This document shows, one piece after another, positions 11,955 to 26,900 of a stretch of 64,000 bases of DNA; the stretch's first letter is position 1; every line of letters starts with the position of its first letter. Location: contig OZ024753.1 of NCBI GenBank assembly GCA_964016885.1, positions 35,898,001 through 35,962,000 of the forward strand. Direction: 5' to 3'. The stretch comes from Eledone cirrhosa (taxonomy: Eukaryota). The notes below the pieces were generated by a model. The model saw nothing but the letters and a program-made list of their open reading frames with translations. It had not been told where the DNA came from and ran no database searches. The position numbers were made by a program, and so were the translations under genes.

Positions 11955-14900
11955 TAGAATAATAAGTGTATGTACATGGTCGAGGTGCTTCAGTTGACTA
12001 GTTTTATATCTATGTCTCATTTAAAGGTTCCGTGGTTCAAGAACTTCAAAGGTACAATTGAAGAGTTAAGTGAGAATAAGTATCAGGTTAGTGGGGAGAT
12101 ATCCGTGTTGGATGAGACAACAGTGGAAATTACAGAGCTCCCCCTCCGTACCTGGATACAAAACTACAAGGAGGAAGTGTTAGAACCTATGTTACATGGA
12201 TCTGAAAAAGTTCCATCTGTGATAACGTAAGTATGAAATTTGTATATGTTCCTTAGGCATAATAATAGTAATAATTGTCTCTACTTTTGGCACAAGGCCA
12301 GCAATTACCCCAGTACATTACTGGTACTTTACTTTATCGACCCCCCCCCCCTCCCGTAATGATGAAAGGCAAAGTTAACCTCGGTGGGATTTGAACTCAG
12401 ACCATAAAGGACCGTAACTCTTTGCTGTAAAGCAAGGTGTCAGACCCTCTACCAATACTGCTAATCCTCTACTATAGGCACAAGGCCAGCAATTTGAAGG
12501 ATCGGGGAAAGTTGATTAAATCGAATCTAGCGTATTACTGGTGCTTCATTTTATTGACCCTTGGTGGGATTTGAACTCAAATGTAAAAGGCCATAACTGT
12601 ATATTGAAAAGCATGTTGTCTGGCACTCTTCTGATACTGCAATCCACCACCCTACCGATAATAATAATAAAGGTCTGGAGATAGAAATAACGCAAATGTG
12701 GATGATGAAAATAGAAGCAATCCTTATAATAATGGGAGCTCCAGGAATGATATAAAAATTATACGGGCAGATACATAATGAAAACCATAAGACTTTCAAA
12801 TATATGCAGTACTGGTATTACACATATATTATAAAAAGTACTACTTTTACATGTCTAGAACAGCACAGCTAGTTAAGGAGTATGGTCTAGTAGTTAGGGT
12901 GTTGGACCCATGATAAGGTCATGAGTTTAATTCTTGGACTGGGCTGCATCGTGTTCTAGAAGATCATGTTGCTTTTCATGATAGGACTAGAGACCCTGAC
13001 ATTAAAATACCCTAGAAATCTGTAAGATACAAACTTATATAAGGCCAAACAAACTAGTTTGTGAGCTGTAATTTTCGTTTTTTTCTTCTTTCTAGCATCG
13101 TTAACTATCGGAAGAACAGATCCCATACTATTTTCTAATATAGAATGGTTGTTGGTCTTTTGATTGAAAATGTTATGAGTAAAATCATCACCTTCATGTT
13201 TGTCTGAAAGTGTTTGGGTCAGCACGTTTTATCTGCTGGCACTGGTACTTTATTTGCAGTTAAGACAGTTTCTTTTCAACTCTTTCAGAGATTATAAGGA
13301 ATATCATACCGATGCATCTGTAAGGTTTGTTGTGAAGATGACAGCCGATAAGCTTGCCAATGCTGAAATGTGTGGCCTTCACAAATATTTCAAACTGCAG
13401 TCAACATTCTCTACAAATTGTATGGTAAGTAATATTGATATTAACTGTTAATATCCTCTACCGCATGAGACTACATGAGCTATTAGAAACAGCAGTATCA
13501 AATAGTACTAATGCCTAAATTGCTATAAGCATTGACAAAGCAACATTAACCCTTTAGCATTTGAACCGGCTATATCCAGCCAGAATTCTCTTTCCTCTTT
13601 CTGTTCAAACCAGCTGTTACTGGCGACTCATACTGATGTTACGGTATTGGTCTCAAAATGAATAACATCAAAATCTCATAGATTCAATATAATGTGAGGT
13701 AAAGCCTTTACTGTGAAAATACAATAGTAAATACTAAAGGGTTAACAGGCTGATGTTTAGATATTTTCTGCTAAATCATTTCTGAATGTTAAAGAATTAA
13801 TTGAAATAAAAGAAACAGTGAAACAACCCCCTCAACGTCTCTCTACTGTTATTATCTATACAACCACGTGAAGGTGAATGGTTTAGTGGTTAGTGGGTTG
13901 GGTTTGTGTTCGTAAAGTTGTGGATTTGATTACTGGATCAAGTGACTCATTATGTTCTTAAGCATGTCACTTAATTTCATGTTACTCCAGTTCACTCAGC
14001 TGAGAAAATGTGTACTAGCGCCACCTGGGTATCTTATTTTTATAAAGTGAAAAAACAAACAAACAAAACAAACACATTAATGTGGAGAATAATTGTATTG
14101 CAGGTATTGTTTGACCATAATGGTTGCATCAGGAGGTATGAAAAGGTGGAACTGATAATGCGTGAATTCTTTGATCTCCGTTTGGAGTCATACAAAAAAC
14201 GAAAAGACTATTTGGAAGGAATGATGAAATCTGAATCTCTGAAGCTTGACAATATTGCCCGCTTCATCATGGAGAAAATTGATGGGCTCATCAAAATTGG
14301 TAAGAGAAAAATTTTAACCCTATATTCCTAATGAAATACCCTGAATTTTAATTAACCCTTTTGATACCAAACTGCTTAAAACTAGCCCCTGGTTCTAAAT
14401 ACTAAGTGGTGTATTTTCAAGTGTGTATACTTATTTTAACCTCTTCCATTATAATTGTAAGAATTTTTGTTAAGTTACACTCCAAACATCATCTTAATGA
14501 GAAAGTTAATTATAATATTAAATCTGCAAATTCTTGCTTATTTTAAGAATTATTTGAAAATCATACACTTTCCTTATTTTTCTTCCAGAAAATGTATCAA
14601 AGAAGGATTTGATTCAACTATTGGTTCGCAGAGGCTATGATTCAGATCCTGTCAAAGCTTGGAAGGAGTGCTCTTTCAAAGATAAGGTAAAAAATTTTCA
14701 ATATCATCATCATCTTTTTTTTTCTGTCTTTAACAGTAATTTACCTAAGTTTCTCAATTGTTATTTACTAGCATCAACTGTAATTATAGTTATTTTCTGC
14801 ATTTGGGTCTCTCATATTTTCAAATTTCAAATATTTCCCTGTCCTTTGATAATTCATAAGGTTTTACAGGTATCAACTGATACAGTTTATTTTATCAACC

Positions 14901-17900
14901 CTGTAAGGATGAACGGCCAAGGTTAACTTTGCCTTTCATCCTTACAGCGGTCAATAAAATAAAGCATCAGTAATTCACTGGGGTCGATTTAATCGACTTT
15001 CTCCTTCCCCTTCAAATTGATGGCATTGTGCCTAAAGTAGAAACAATTATAGTTATTTTCCTATTCTTTGATAATTCATAAGGTTTTATATAAAATTGAA
15101 TGTTTTAGGATAAAGATGACACTGAAGATGATGAGAAAGAAGAATCAACATCAGGACCAGATTTTAACTACATCCTTAATCTACCACTGTGGTGCTTAAC
15201 CAAGGAAAAGAAAGAAGATTATATACGTCAACGAGACGCCAAGGTAGGTTTTTAGTGATTTTCAACAACTTAATCATCAATAGAAATGGGACTTTTTTAT
15301 CAGTGGAAATGGGACTTGTTTCATCAATGGAAATGGGACTTGTCTCATTAGTGGAAATGGGACTTGTCTCATTAGTGGAAATGGGATTTGTCTTATCAAT
15401 GGAAATGAGATTTGTCTCATCAATGGAAATGAGATTTGTCTCATCAATGGAAATGGGATTTGTCTCATCGGTGGAAATGGGACTTGTTTCATTAGTGGAA
15501 ATGGGATTTGTCTCATTAGTGGAAATGGGATTTGTCTCATTAGTGGAAATGGGACTTGTCTCATTAGTGGAAATGGGATTTGTCTCATTAGTGGAAATGG
15601 GACTTGTCTCATTAGTGGAAATGGGACTTGTCTCATTAGTGGAAATGGGATTTGTCTCATTAGTGGAAATGGGATTTGTCTCATTAGTGGAAATGGGACT
15701 TGTCTCATTAGTGGAAATGGGACTTGTCTCATTAGTGGAAATGGGACTTGTCTCATTAGTGGAAATGGGATTTGTCTCATTAGTGGAAATGGGACTTGTC
15801 TCATTAGTGGAAATGGGACTTGTCTCATTAGTGGAAATGGGACTTGTCTCATTAGTGGAAATGGGATTTGTCTCATTAGTGGAAATGGGACTTGTCTCAT
15901 TAGTGGAAATGGGACTTGTCTCATTAGTGGAAATGGGACTTGTCTCATTAGTGGAAATGGGACTTGTCTCATTAGTGGAAATGGGACTTGTCTCATTAGT
16001 GGAAATGGGACTTGTCTCATTAGTGGAAATGGGACTTGTCTCATTAGTGGAAATGGGACTTGTCTCATTAGTGGAAATGGGACTTGTCTCATTAGTGGAA
16101 ATGGGATTTGTCTTATCAATGGAAATGAAATGTGTCTTATCAATGGAAATGGGATTTGTCTCATCAATGGAAATGGGATTTGTCTCATCGGTGGAAATGG
16201 GACTTGTCTCATTAGTGGAAATGGGATTTGTCTTATCAATGGAAATGAAATGTGTCTTATCAATGGAAATGAGATTTGTCTCATCGGTGGAAATGGGACT
16301 TGTCTCATCAATGGAAATGGGACTTGTCTCATTAGTGGAAATGGGATTTGTCTTATCAATGGAAATGGGATTTGTCTCATCAATGGAAATGGGATTTGTC
16401 TCATCAATGGAAATGGGATTTGTCTCATCAATGGAAATGAGATTTGTCTCATCAATGGAAATGAGATTTGTCTCATCAATGGAAATGGGATTTGTCTCAT
16501 CAATGGAAATGGGATTTGTCTCATCAATGGAAATGGGATTTGTCTCATCGGTGGAAATGGGACTTTAGCCCGTTTCTTCATTTCATTACCAATTTCGTTC
16601 TTTCTCTTGTGTAAGAAGCTGTTAATTACTATTAGTCTATATAAACAGTCTTTTTCTTTATGGTGTTATTGCCTCTCCCCTCCCCATAAATTGCGGGCCT
16701 TGTCCCTTAATTAGAAACTATTATTAATTACATTGTGTGTTTTCTTTTAAGGCTGATGAACTTGAACTTTTGCGGCGGAAGAGACCGGAAGACCTATACA
16801 GAGACGATTTGGATGCCCTTCTAATAGAGCTAGACGTAAGTTTTATTTGTTATTTGTTGATTTAACTCTTAACGTCCCATACCAGATGAAACCGCATCAA
16901 TAAAACATTCTTGTACAGTAGTAAAGTATAAAACAACAGCACTGTGACTTCGTTACATTAAAAATTAAAGTGTTTTCTTTAATATTGCAAATATTTACAA
17001 TGATGTGTCCACTTGTCAAAATACTCGAAACATTTAAATGAACAAACATGTTTTTAGATATTTTCTGGTAAATCATTACAGGATGTGTCGAGTTAACAAG
17101 TTTGGTCTGTTTTCTAAAGGGAAATGAGGAGAATAAATGGGAAAAAGATAGTCTGCCTCAAATCGATCCAATAGAAAGACCAGCAGTGCAAGTTAGAGGT
17201 AGTATAATAAGTAATGCAGTCAAAGATATGAAGACAGGTAAGGCAGCTGGGCCTTTGGAGATAGTTGCTGAGATGTTGAAGGCATCTGGAATGGTGGGAC
17301 ATACTATGGTCACCCGTATAGTTAACCAAGTAATACAGAATGGGATCATAGCAAAAGACTGGCGTAGCAGCATCATCATTAACTGCTACAAGGGTAAAGG
17401 GGATGCTCTAGATAGGGGAAACTATAGCGGCATTAAGTTAGTTGACCAGGTCATGAAGGTCACAGAAAGAGTTATAGCGCAACTAATCAGAGTGAATTGA
17501 TCTAGATGAAATGCAGTTTGGGTTTGTGTCAGGTAAAAGTACCACAGACGCTCTTTTCCTTGTACGACAACTACAGGAGAAGTACCTAGCTAAAAGTAAA
17601 CCCCTCTACTTAGCTTTTGTAGACCTGGAGAAAGCTTTTGACAGAGTCCCCCGCTCCATTAACTGGTGGGCTCTTAGAAAACTAGGTGTAGATGAATGGC
17701 TTGTGAGAGCTATACAAGCTATGTATAAAGAAACAGTCAGTAAGGTTAGAATTAACAATGAATATTGTGAAGAATTTAGTGTAAAAGTTGGTGTTCATCA
17801 AGGCTCTGTCCTTAGACCCCCTCCTATTTATTATTGCCCTTCAGGCTATAGCAGAGGAGTTCAAGACCGGCTGCCTATGGGAACTCCTATATGCAGATGA

Positions 17901-20900
17901 TCTAACGCTCATAGCTGAACTAGAGAAGAAATTCCAAACATGGGACATGGAAGCATGGCCTAGAATCAAAAGGCCTTAAAGTTAACTTGTCTAAGACTAA
18001 AGTTCTAGTTTGTAGAAAGGTAAATAGGGCACAGGTGCCCTCAGGGAAATGGCCATGCTCAGTGTGTAGGAAAGGAGTAGGCAGAAATTCCATTTTATGT
18101 CACAAATGCAAAGTATGGGTACATAAAAGATGTAGTGGGATCACAGGTAAACTATCTAAGAACGTAGACTTTATATGTGGCCGATGCTCAGGTGCAATAA
18201 GTAGCAAGTGTCCACAGGAGACTAGCTCCTTCTATTGCCCAGATGGTTCTATAGAAATAGTGGACACTTTCCGTTACCTGGGTGACGAAATCAGCAGTGG
18301 TGGAGGGTGTTCTGAAAGTACAGTAGCCAGAGTCAGAACGGGATGGAAAAAGTTCAGAGAGCTTATACCACTGTTGGCCACAAAAGGTTTCTCTCTAAAA
18401 ATGAAAGGCAGATTGTATGATGCCTGTATACGAACAGCAATGCTACATGGCAGTGAGACATGGGCATTACGTGTAGAGGACCTGCGCAGACTGGAAAGGA
18501 ACGAAGCATGCATGCTCCGTTGGATGTGTAATAGTAATATATGTGAACGGCAAAGCATAAATGAACTAAGTGAGAAATTAGGAATAAGAGGGATCAGATG
18601 CTGTTTACTTGAGAGAAGACTACGTTGGTATGGCCATGTGATGCGCATGAAAGACGACAGCTGTATAAAAAAGTGCAGGGCAATCAAAATTGATGGTAGT
18701 TACGGAGTAGGTTGACCCAGAAAAACCTGGGACGATCTGATAAATTCCAACCTTACACACTTGCACCTCTCTAAGACAATGTCACTGGACCGAGATCTTT
18801 GGCGCTACGCAGTTATACAGAAGACCCGCCTTGCCTATGTACAAAGCGAAACCTACAGTCAGTAGGCACCTCTTAACCAAATATACACCCCATCCACTAC
18901 CCCCCCCCTCTCTCCCTCTCTCTGTAAAGTTGGTACCACAACATCCAGTGCTAATAAATGAGATCGAGATCATGTAGGTGTCACAACAAAAAAAACACAG
19001 TCCACGCTGTAATGTGGCCGTGTAGGTAACACGGTAAAATGTTCTTAATTCCACACTGTAAATGTGGTTGGTGTTAGGAAGGACATCCAGCCATAGAAAA
19101 CTTGCCAGATAGTCCTATATGAGCGAGACACGGTCACCCAACCAACCTTGCCTCAAGTGGGACAACTCCCGTCTAACATGGAAGATGGACGTTAAACAAA
19201 GATGATGATGGTCGGCTTATATTCGAGTGTATACAGTAATTTTATGTTATTCTCCAAACACCAGACTAATAAGGATAAAGTTAGTTATATTACTAAATCC
19301 TTCTTAATTCTTGATTATTTTCGAAATGGTTTGAAAATCATAGGCAGTGAGTTATATTAAAAATGTGGAAGGGAAAGGGTTAATAAAAATATTTGGACAA
19401 GGGTTGAGGAACTTTTGGTAATCTTAACTTTTTTGTTATTATCTTGATTTCTTTTTATGCAGCAATTTGAAGAACAAGAGCGGCTAGATGAGAAAGTTGA
19501 TATCGTGAAAACCCAGAAGTCTTCTAAGGGCCGTGTAAAACAAAAGAAGATAACCCTTGAAGAAACAATGCCCTCTCCTATTGGTCGACGTATTCAGCCG
19601 GTAATTGATCATGCTACCAAAATAAAGGCTGAAAAAGAAGTAGCTTCTAAGAAGCGGCAACAAGTAAGTGTAACACTTTACCTGCTACTCTGATTTATGT
19701 TATAGGGCTCTATCCAGCTGTCTATCCACCTGTCTTTCTATGTCTATCCATTGTCCATCTAGCTGTCTCTCCAACTGTCTTTCCATCTGCCTGTCCATTG
19801 TCTATCTGGCTACCCACCCAACCATCAATCCATTCACCTATCTATTCACATATAACTATCCATTCATCCATCCACCTGCCTGCCCACCTGTTCATTCCAC
19901 CTATCTATCTAATTACCTGCCTGTCCATTCCATCCGTACATCTACCTGTATATTCAACCACCTCTCTGTCTTCTTTCCATTTACCTGTCTTACAATAGAT
20001 CTGTCCACCTAACAATATTTAAATATCGCTACAAACCTACAAGCAACAAAATATTCAGTTTGAAACTAACTTGATATTTTATTATCTTGTCAATATTTAG
20101 AATCACCAACTGGGCTCTGCCAAGTTAAAAACAAAATGCCCTAGAAATGCTGTATGTCACTACAGCACCCCTATGACTGCCATCAGGAGTTATGGTATTC
20201 CTGGAAAGGATAATGTTATTTTTTCTTTTATTTTGTTTTACAGATTAAGAAAGGAATGAAGGAAGAAAATGTTGGTGATGAAAATTCACAAGAACCTAAA
20301 AGTTTAATTCAGCGCCTTGGAGAGCCAAAAGCCAGTGAGTTTTATGTTTATTAAACCCTCTATTTCAGGTCTCTTCCTCGATTTTTAAAATCTCTTATAT
20401 CAAAGAAAGTTGAAAACCTCTATGTATGAGCAGGGCATGGTAATCCAACTTGTCTCACCTCAAGAATGTGACAACCCATCCAACTCATGCCAGCATGGAA
20501 AACAAACCTAAAACTGGTGATGATGATGATGATGATGATGGTCATCATCATTCTAAAATGTGCAGTTTTGTATTGTAGAACCAGGGGTAGTTTAGGCTGC
20601 ATTTGTAGAATCATTAATATACAAAGCTTCTTACGTAGATTTCTGCTGGGAGGGTTTTAGATAAATATGAACCCTTTAAAATAGGCAGTTTTATATCTCA
20701 GATACAGGACTGGTTTCAGGTGAGTTATCAAAAGGGATAAATATCTTTTATTATGTGGTGTGGGTTTTTTTTTCTTCTTTTTGTAATACTGTGTCGTGTC
20801 ATGCCATGCCATGGTCCATAACTTCTAGTGGAGTCATAAGGGTGATATATCTCGGTCATTTTAGACTTGATGAAGCCTCTTCTTGGAGGAGTAGAGAGAG

Positions 20901-23900
20901 GGAGAGCAAAAGAGAAATTTGTGAGAGAAAGAGAGAGAGTACAAAGGAAGAATTGACCCCCACATTGAACTGGTTCTTGATTTATCTTGAAAGAACAAAA
21001 GGCAAAGATGACATCGGTGAGATTTGAACGAGTACAGCAAGACATTCTATCCGACACTCTAACAACTCTACCAATCTGTGTACTAATTCTAATTATTTTG
21101 TCTTTCTTGTATTTTATAGCCAAGAAAACCCGACAGCCACGAGCCCCTAAAGGTTTATCGGGGTCTCCGAAAGGCAAAAAGGGTAAGGCAGTAAAGAAGA
21201 AGAAGCCATGGGACTCTGATGTATCTGATAATTCTGATGCTGGCTCCATCAGTAGCTTGTCAGACGGGGAAACTGCAGACCTTTCTGCTTCAAGAGAAAG
21301 AATCCCAAGGAGAGCTGCAGGTATGTGTTTATTATTTATAATGTTTGATGTCTGTCTCTCTCTCTCTCTCTCTCCCAGGTTGGAGAAAAGAGAGTGAAAT
21401 AAATAAGAAGAGATATCTAAAATTTTCATTGCCAATTAACTCAAAACTATCTCTAGTTCTATGAAATAAAACCACCAATTTTAAAAGTTTCCTATTTAAA
21501 TTCAATTAAAATTTTAGATAAAGATATAAGAATGTTCTATGTTACAAATTCCATCATATTAATGAAATAATTGATATGGTTGGTGGATTGGCAGTATCGG
21601 TAGAGAGTCGGACGCCATGCTTTCCAGCATAGTTACGTCCCTTTACGATCTGAGTTCAAATCCCGCCGAGTTTGACTTTGCCTTTCATCCTTACGGGGTC
21701 GATAAAATAAAGTACCAGTAATGCACTGGGTAATTGCTGGCCTTGTGCCTAAAGTAGAAACAATTAATGAAATAATTGATAATTTTAGTAAATCCTTCCA
21801 AATTCTTCTTTAGTTCAAATACAGTGTATTTCATGAGAAATATGGTCAGGAAAAGGTTTAATGCTCCTCTCTTTAATACTCTCCTACCACATATGTTCTC
21901 TTTCTCTCCCCTTCCACCAACATCTCTCTCTCTTTCATGCTCCTTCCTCTCACCCATGTCTCTCTCCTAGCCACTTTTGTTTTCTCCCTATGTGTTTCTC
22001 TCTCTCTCCTAGCCACTTTTGTTTTCTCCCTATGTGTTTCTCCCTCTCTCTCTTATACCCCCCCCCCCCCCGTCTCTAGCATTTACTATATTATTTACCA
22101 TTGCTAATTTTCAAATTCCTGTTTCTTTTTCATCATTTATTTGTTTACTTTAGTCAAACGCCACCCATCTGGTAAGGAGTTTCATTCATATAATGTATAC
22201 ATACAATGTATTTATATCACATATATACATACAATGTATTTAAGCAACGTATACATACAATTTATTTATGTAATGTATACAGAGAATTTATTCATACCAT
22301 GTATATATATAATGTATACATGGAATGTATTTATACAATGTATACATATTATTTATCTAATGTATTTAGCTGTGGACACCAAAAAATGTCTCTTATCAGA
22401 TAAAAGAATAGAATATCTTATTAAAATAGTTCTTCCCATTGGTTAAATCTTAAGAAATCTGCCAAGTTCATAGTTACCTCCCATTAAGCCTACAAAAATT
22501 TAAAAACAAAACAAATATATTGTTGTTTTCCATCATAGAGCCAGGTGGGTTGACATCAAAAAGGTAGATACTGTCAGAGGATTGTCTGCTTTTGGGGTGG
22601 GTGATGATGATGGTACCTTGTCTTTCTCCTCCTGCATTTAACTTTGCAATGTAAAATCAAGCCCTTGTCAAGTTCACAGTTCTATGTAGCTTATAGAAGA
22701 GAATTGTATCCAGCTAAAATCTACTTTTAATTAAAGTAGAAAATTTAGTTATGAAAAATGATAATGTTAATTTGTTTTCACTCTAACATGGTGTATACCT
22801 AAATATATTCATCATCATCATCATCATCGTTTAATGTCCATCTGCCACTCTAGCATGGGTTGGACGGTTTTGTCCCACTTAAGTGAATAATAATATATTC
22901 GGTTTGGCAAACGAACTGAATATTAAAATAAAGTACCAGTAATGCACTGAGATAATTGCTGGCCTTGTGCCAAAAGTAGAAACAATTATTATTTGTAGTT
23001 ATTGGTAGAGTATCGGACACCATGCTTTCCAGCATAGAGTTACATCCCTTTACGGACTGGTTCAAATCCCGCCGAGGTTAACTGTGCCTTTCATTCTTAT
23101 GGGATCAATAAAATAAAGTACCAGTAATGCACTGGGGTAATTGCTGGCCTTGTACCAAATAGTAGAAACAATTATTATATTATTATTGACTCAAGGATAA
23201 TGTTAATTATTTTAAAGTAAGCTAAATAGATAACAATTTAACTGAGAAGCATTTTTTTGGTATACCTTGTTTTATATAATAGTAGACTAACACCTTGTCG
23301 ACTTTTATAAATAACCCCATAACCTGCCTCTGAACAATTTCAACATATTTTGTTTTATATATCAGCTAATTTATGTTGATTTCAACTTGCCTTTTGTGTG
23401 TGTGTGTGTGTGTGTGTGAAGTGGTTGATTTGAGACAAAGTAGGTTAAATGGTGGGTCTTGTTACTCTGGAGTTTTTTCACCTATGCACTCACAGGATCA
23501 TCAAACAAAACCTGTGAATGCTCAGGTGAAACTCCAGAATAACAAGACTCTGGAGGATTTTCAGTCCAGGGCCCAATCTATTTTGCTTGAATTTTTCTTT
23601 ACGTTTTTCTTTGTTTCTTTGTATTTGTTAAACTTTTTTTTTTTTACATGCTAAAGCACAGTGTATCATCCTGTGTCGTCCTTAATGTTTTCTTAATGTA
23701 AGCCCTGTTTGCTAATAAAGAAACCATTATTCTTGCTTTGCGGCATAGAGTTACGTCCCTTTGCGTAACCAGCCGTGTGCCTAAATCAGAAACCATTCGG
23801 TGGATTGGCAGTATCTGTAGAGGGTCGGACGCCATACTTTGACGCATAGAGCTGCGGCCCTTGCCATTCTGAGTTCAAATCCCGCCGAGGTTAACTTTGC

Positions 23901-26900
23901 CTTTCATCCTTATAGGGTCGATAAAATAAAGTACCAGTAATACACTGGGTAATTGCTGGCCTTGTGCCAAAAGTAGAAACAATTATTAGGGTGGAGGGTA
24001 GGGGATTGGTAAAATGGGTAGAATGTTGGATAACATGGCCATTGTGGTATTTGTTCTGAGTTCAAATCCCACTGGGGTCTACTTTGCCTTTCATCGTTTA
24101 AGGATCAAGGATATAAAGTACCAGAGAAACACAGATTAATGCAAACGCCCCTTCCATCCCTAATTACTGGCCTTGTCTTGGTGTTAGAAGTGAAGGCTTA
24201 GTGGTTAGAGTGTCTGGCTTACAATCATGATGTGAGTTCTATTCTCAGACTGGATTTGTGTTGTGTTCTTGAGCAAAACACTTCACTTCATGTTGCTCCA
24301 GTTCACTCAGCTGTAGAAATGAGTTGCAATGTCACTGGTGTTTAGCTGTATCAGCCATTGTCTTTCCCTTGGACAACATCATATATTCTGTATGTATGCT
24401 GTACATATAGTGTATATAGTGTGTGTATAATGTATATGTATGTTGTGATGTCACTGGTGTCAAGCTGTATCAGCCTTTGCCTTTCCCTTGGACATCATAT
24501 GCGGCGTGGAGAGGGGAGAACGGTATCCATGGGTGACTGCTGGTCTTCCACAAACAACCTTGCCAGGACTTGTATCTCGGAGGGGGACTTCCTAGGTGAA
24601 AATCCCATAGTCATATGTGACCGAAGGGGGACTTTATCCCTCAGTGCTAGAAAGAATCATTATTTTGTCTTTTATTTTCTCCAACAGCTCAAGCAATTAA
24701 GTATAATTTTGGTGATGATGAAGATGAAGAGGAGTATTACCCAGTACTCCCTGGTAACCAGGCTGAAGAGTCCCCACCCCCTGCCAATAGCAATAACTTG
24801 AGTGCAGAAGAAAATGATGTTGACGATGATGCTGACGATGATGCTGACTTTTTTAACCCGCCTAAGAAAGTGTAAGTTTAATTGACTTCTCTGATTTCTT
24901 CACCTTTGCATGGAATTTTTATAAGATTATCATTTCAGAATGTTTATGAAGAGTTTCTCACTGTAAATGTGGTTGGTGTTAGGTAGGGCATCGAGCTGTA
25001 AAACCTGCTAAAATACAGTTCCGTTTGAATAAGGTATGTCATAGCCAACTAACCAGACTCTCCTCATAACAAGACCACCCATTTCCACACTGTAAACGTG
25101 GTTGGAGTTAGGAAGGGCATTCAGCTGTAAACCCCCCCCCCCCCCCCACTCCCCCCCCCCGCGCGCTAAAATACTGTTCCGTATGTAAAGGCGGGCGGAG
25201 ACAACAGAAAAACAGGGTAGTCTCTTCTCATTGGTGTGTTTAGATGGTGAGTGAAATTTGAAATTGAATTAGAAGTTTCCCAGCTTAGGCTACATGTTTT
25301 TTGGTGCAAGACATTTATTTCGCATTGCTTTTCATGATAGGACTGGGGTCTCCTATCATTAAAAATCCCAAGAAACCTCCTATGGGACATAACCTTGTAA
25401 GAGGCCAACTAAGCCTACATAGGCATGAGCTGAAAATTTCTATTTCTTTTCTTCTTTCAGCTAAAAAATAAAATCAGTTTTGTTGTGTTAATAGTATGGC
25501 TTGATAGATTTTTCTCCTTGAATAATCCATACAACGTTTTTCTCTTGTTGTTCAGAGCAAAGAAGGCATCTCCCGTGAAGAGCGCAAGTCCTAAATTTGA
25601 TGACTCTTCTGAGGATGAAAAAACCGACTTGTTTAGTAGAGTCTCTGAACAAAGCAAGAAGGCCCGAGATGACGCTGTCTTTGGAATATCAACTACAGTT
25701 GCAACAAAGTCAACAATCAAAGCTGCAATTCCTAAAGAACCTATGAAAAGTAAGTGTCTTAACTAACTGACTTCTAATCAAATACTCTATTTCAATTAAT
25801 ACACAAAAGAATTTTAGTAAATCTCACAAAATTCTTCATTAATTAATTAAAATAGTGTATTTCATTAGAAATGCCATCATGAAGAGTTTAAGCAATGTTT
25901 CAAACATCAACTTAATCATGAAAATGTTAGTTATATTATTTATTATTAAATTCCTCCAAATGGGTTATTTTCAAAGTTATTTGAAACACATAAACAGTCT
26001 TTCATTAGAAATATAGTAACGAAAGGGTTAATATGCTGTTCTCATCAGAAAATTATGTTGAAAAATGTAAATTTGAATAGGAACCCTTTAAAATGGGTAC
26101 TTTGATAGGTTTTGGCCAGTATTGGCCCAGGGCGTGTCTAACTTAATAGTACCACCTGGTACTCTCAGGTCTTGAATAATTGCCTATTGGTAAGGGTGTT
26201 GGACTTAACATCATAATGTCATGGGTACAGTTCCTGGTCGGAGTTGTGTTCTTGAGCAAAGCACTTCATTTCACGTTGCTCTAGTATACTCAGCTGAAAA
26301 TGAGTACCAGCAATAGATGGGAGTTTAACCCTGTGGTGTCCTATACTTTGTCATTTCATGCTACGGGAATTGAGATAAACACTGGCCTGATGGGCCTCCT
26401 TTAGGCCCGAGACAGATTTAGTAGCTATGTGCTGTCTATGAATATGTACATGTGGGTATGTGTCTTGCTGTTTTGTCTGGTAATCACTCACACAACTTTA
26501 CGTTAGTTTTTGTGTGACAGATGTAAACAAATTTCTGTAGAATCCTTATTATATTTCTGAATCGTCTTCCATTTCCAGGTACGATCACTTACCATTTATC
26601 TAGCGATGACGACGACGAGGAAGATAAGGAACTGGACTTTGTGCCGGAAGAAATTCCCAAGAAACAAGTAAAGAAAAGAGCCTCTAAGAAAGAGAAACCA
26701 ACAGAAAAATCTGGTATATATATTTATATATATTTATATATGTATAACCTCATCATCAACATTAACATTTTACAGCTGCTTTTCATGCTGGTATTGGTTG
26801 TGCAGCATGAACTGAATATATATAATATGAGCATTAAAATGATAGGGTTTTTTGTTCTAAAGGTGTCCTCTATGTTAGTGATTCTGAGGGAGCACACCTC

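Noticed and set aside
15189-16714. Long ORFs of 459, 434 and 194 aa
   Set aside because: They are translations of a stop-free 24-bp intronic minisatellite and are out of frame with TOP2
21580-21680. tRNA genes suggested by A/B boxes
   Set aside because: These are tRNA-derived SINE heads with no cloverleaf, followed by SINE body and tail
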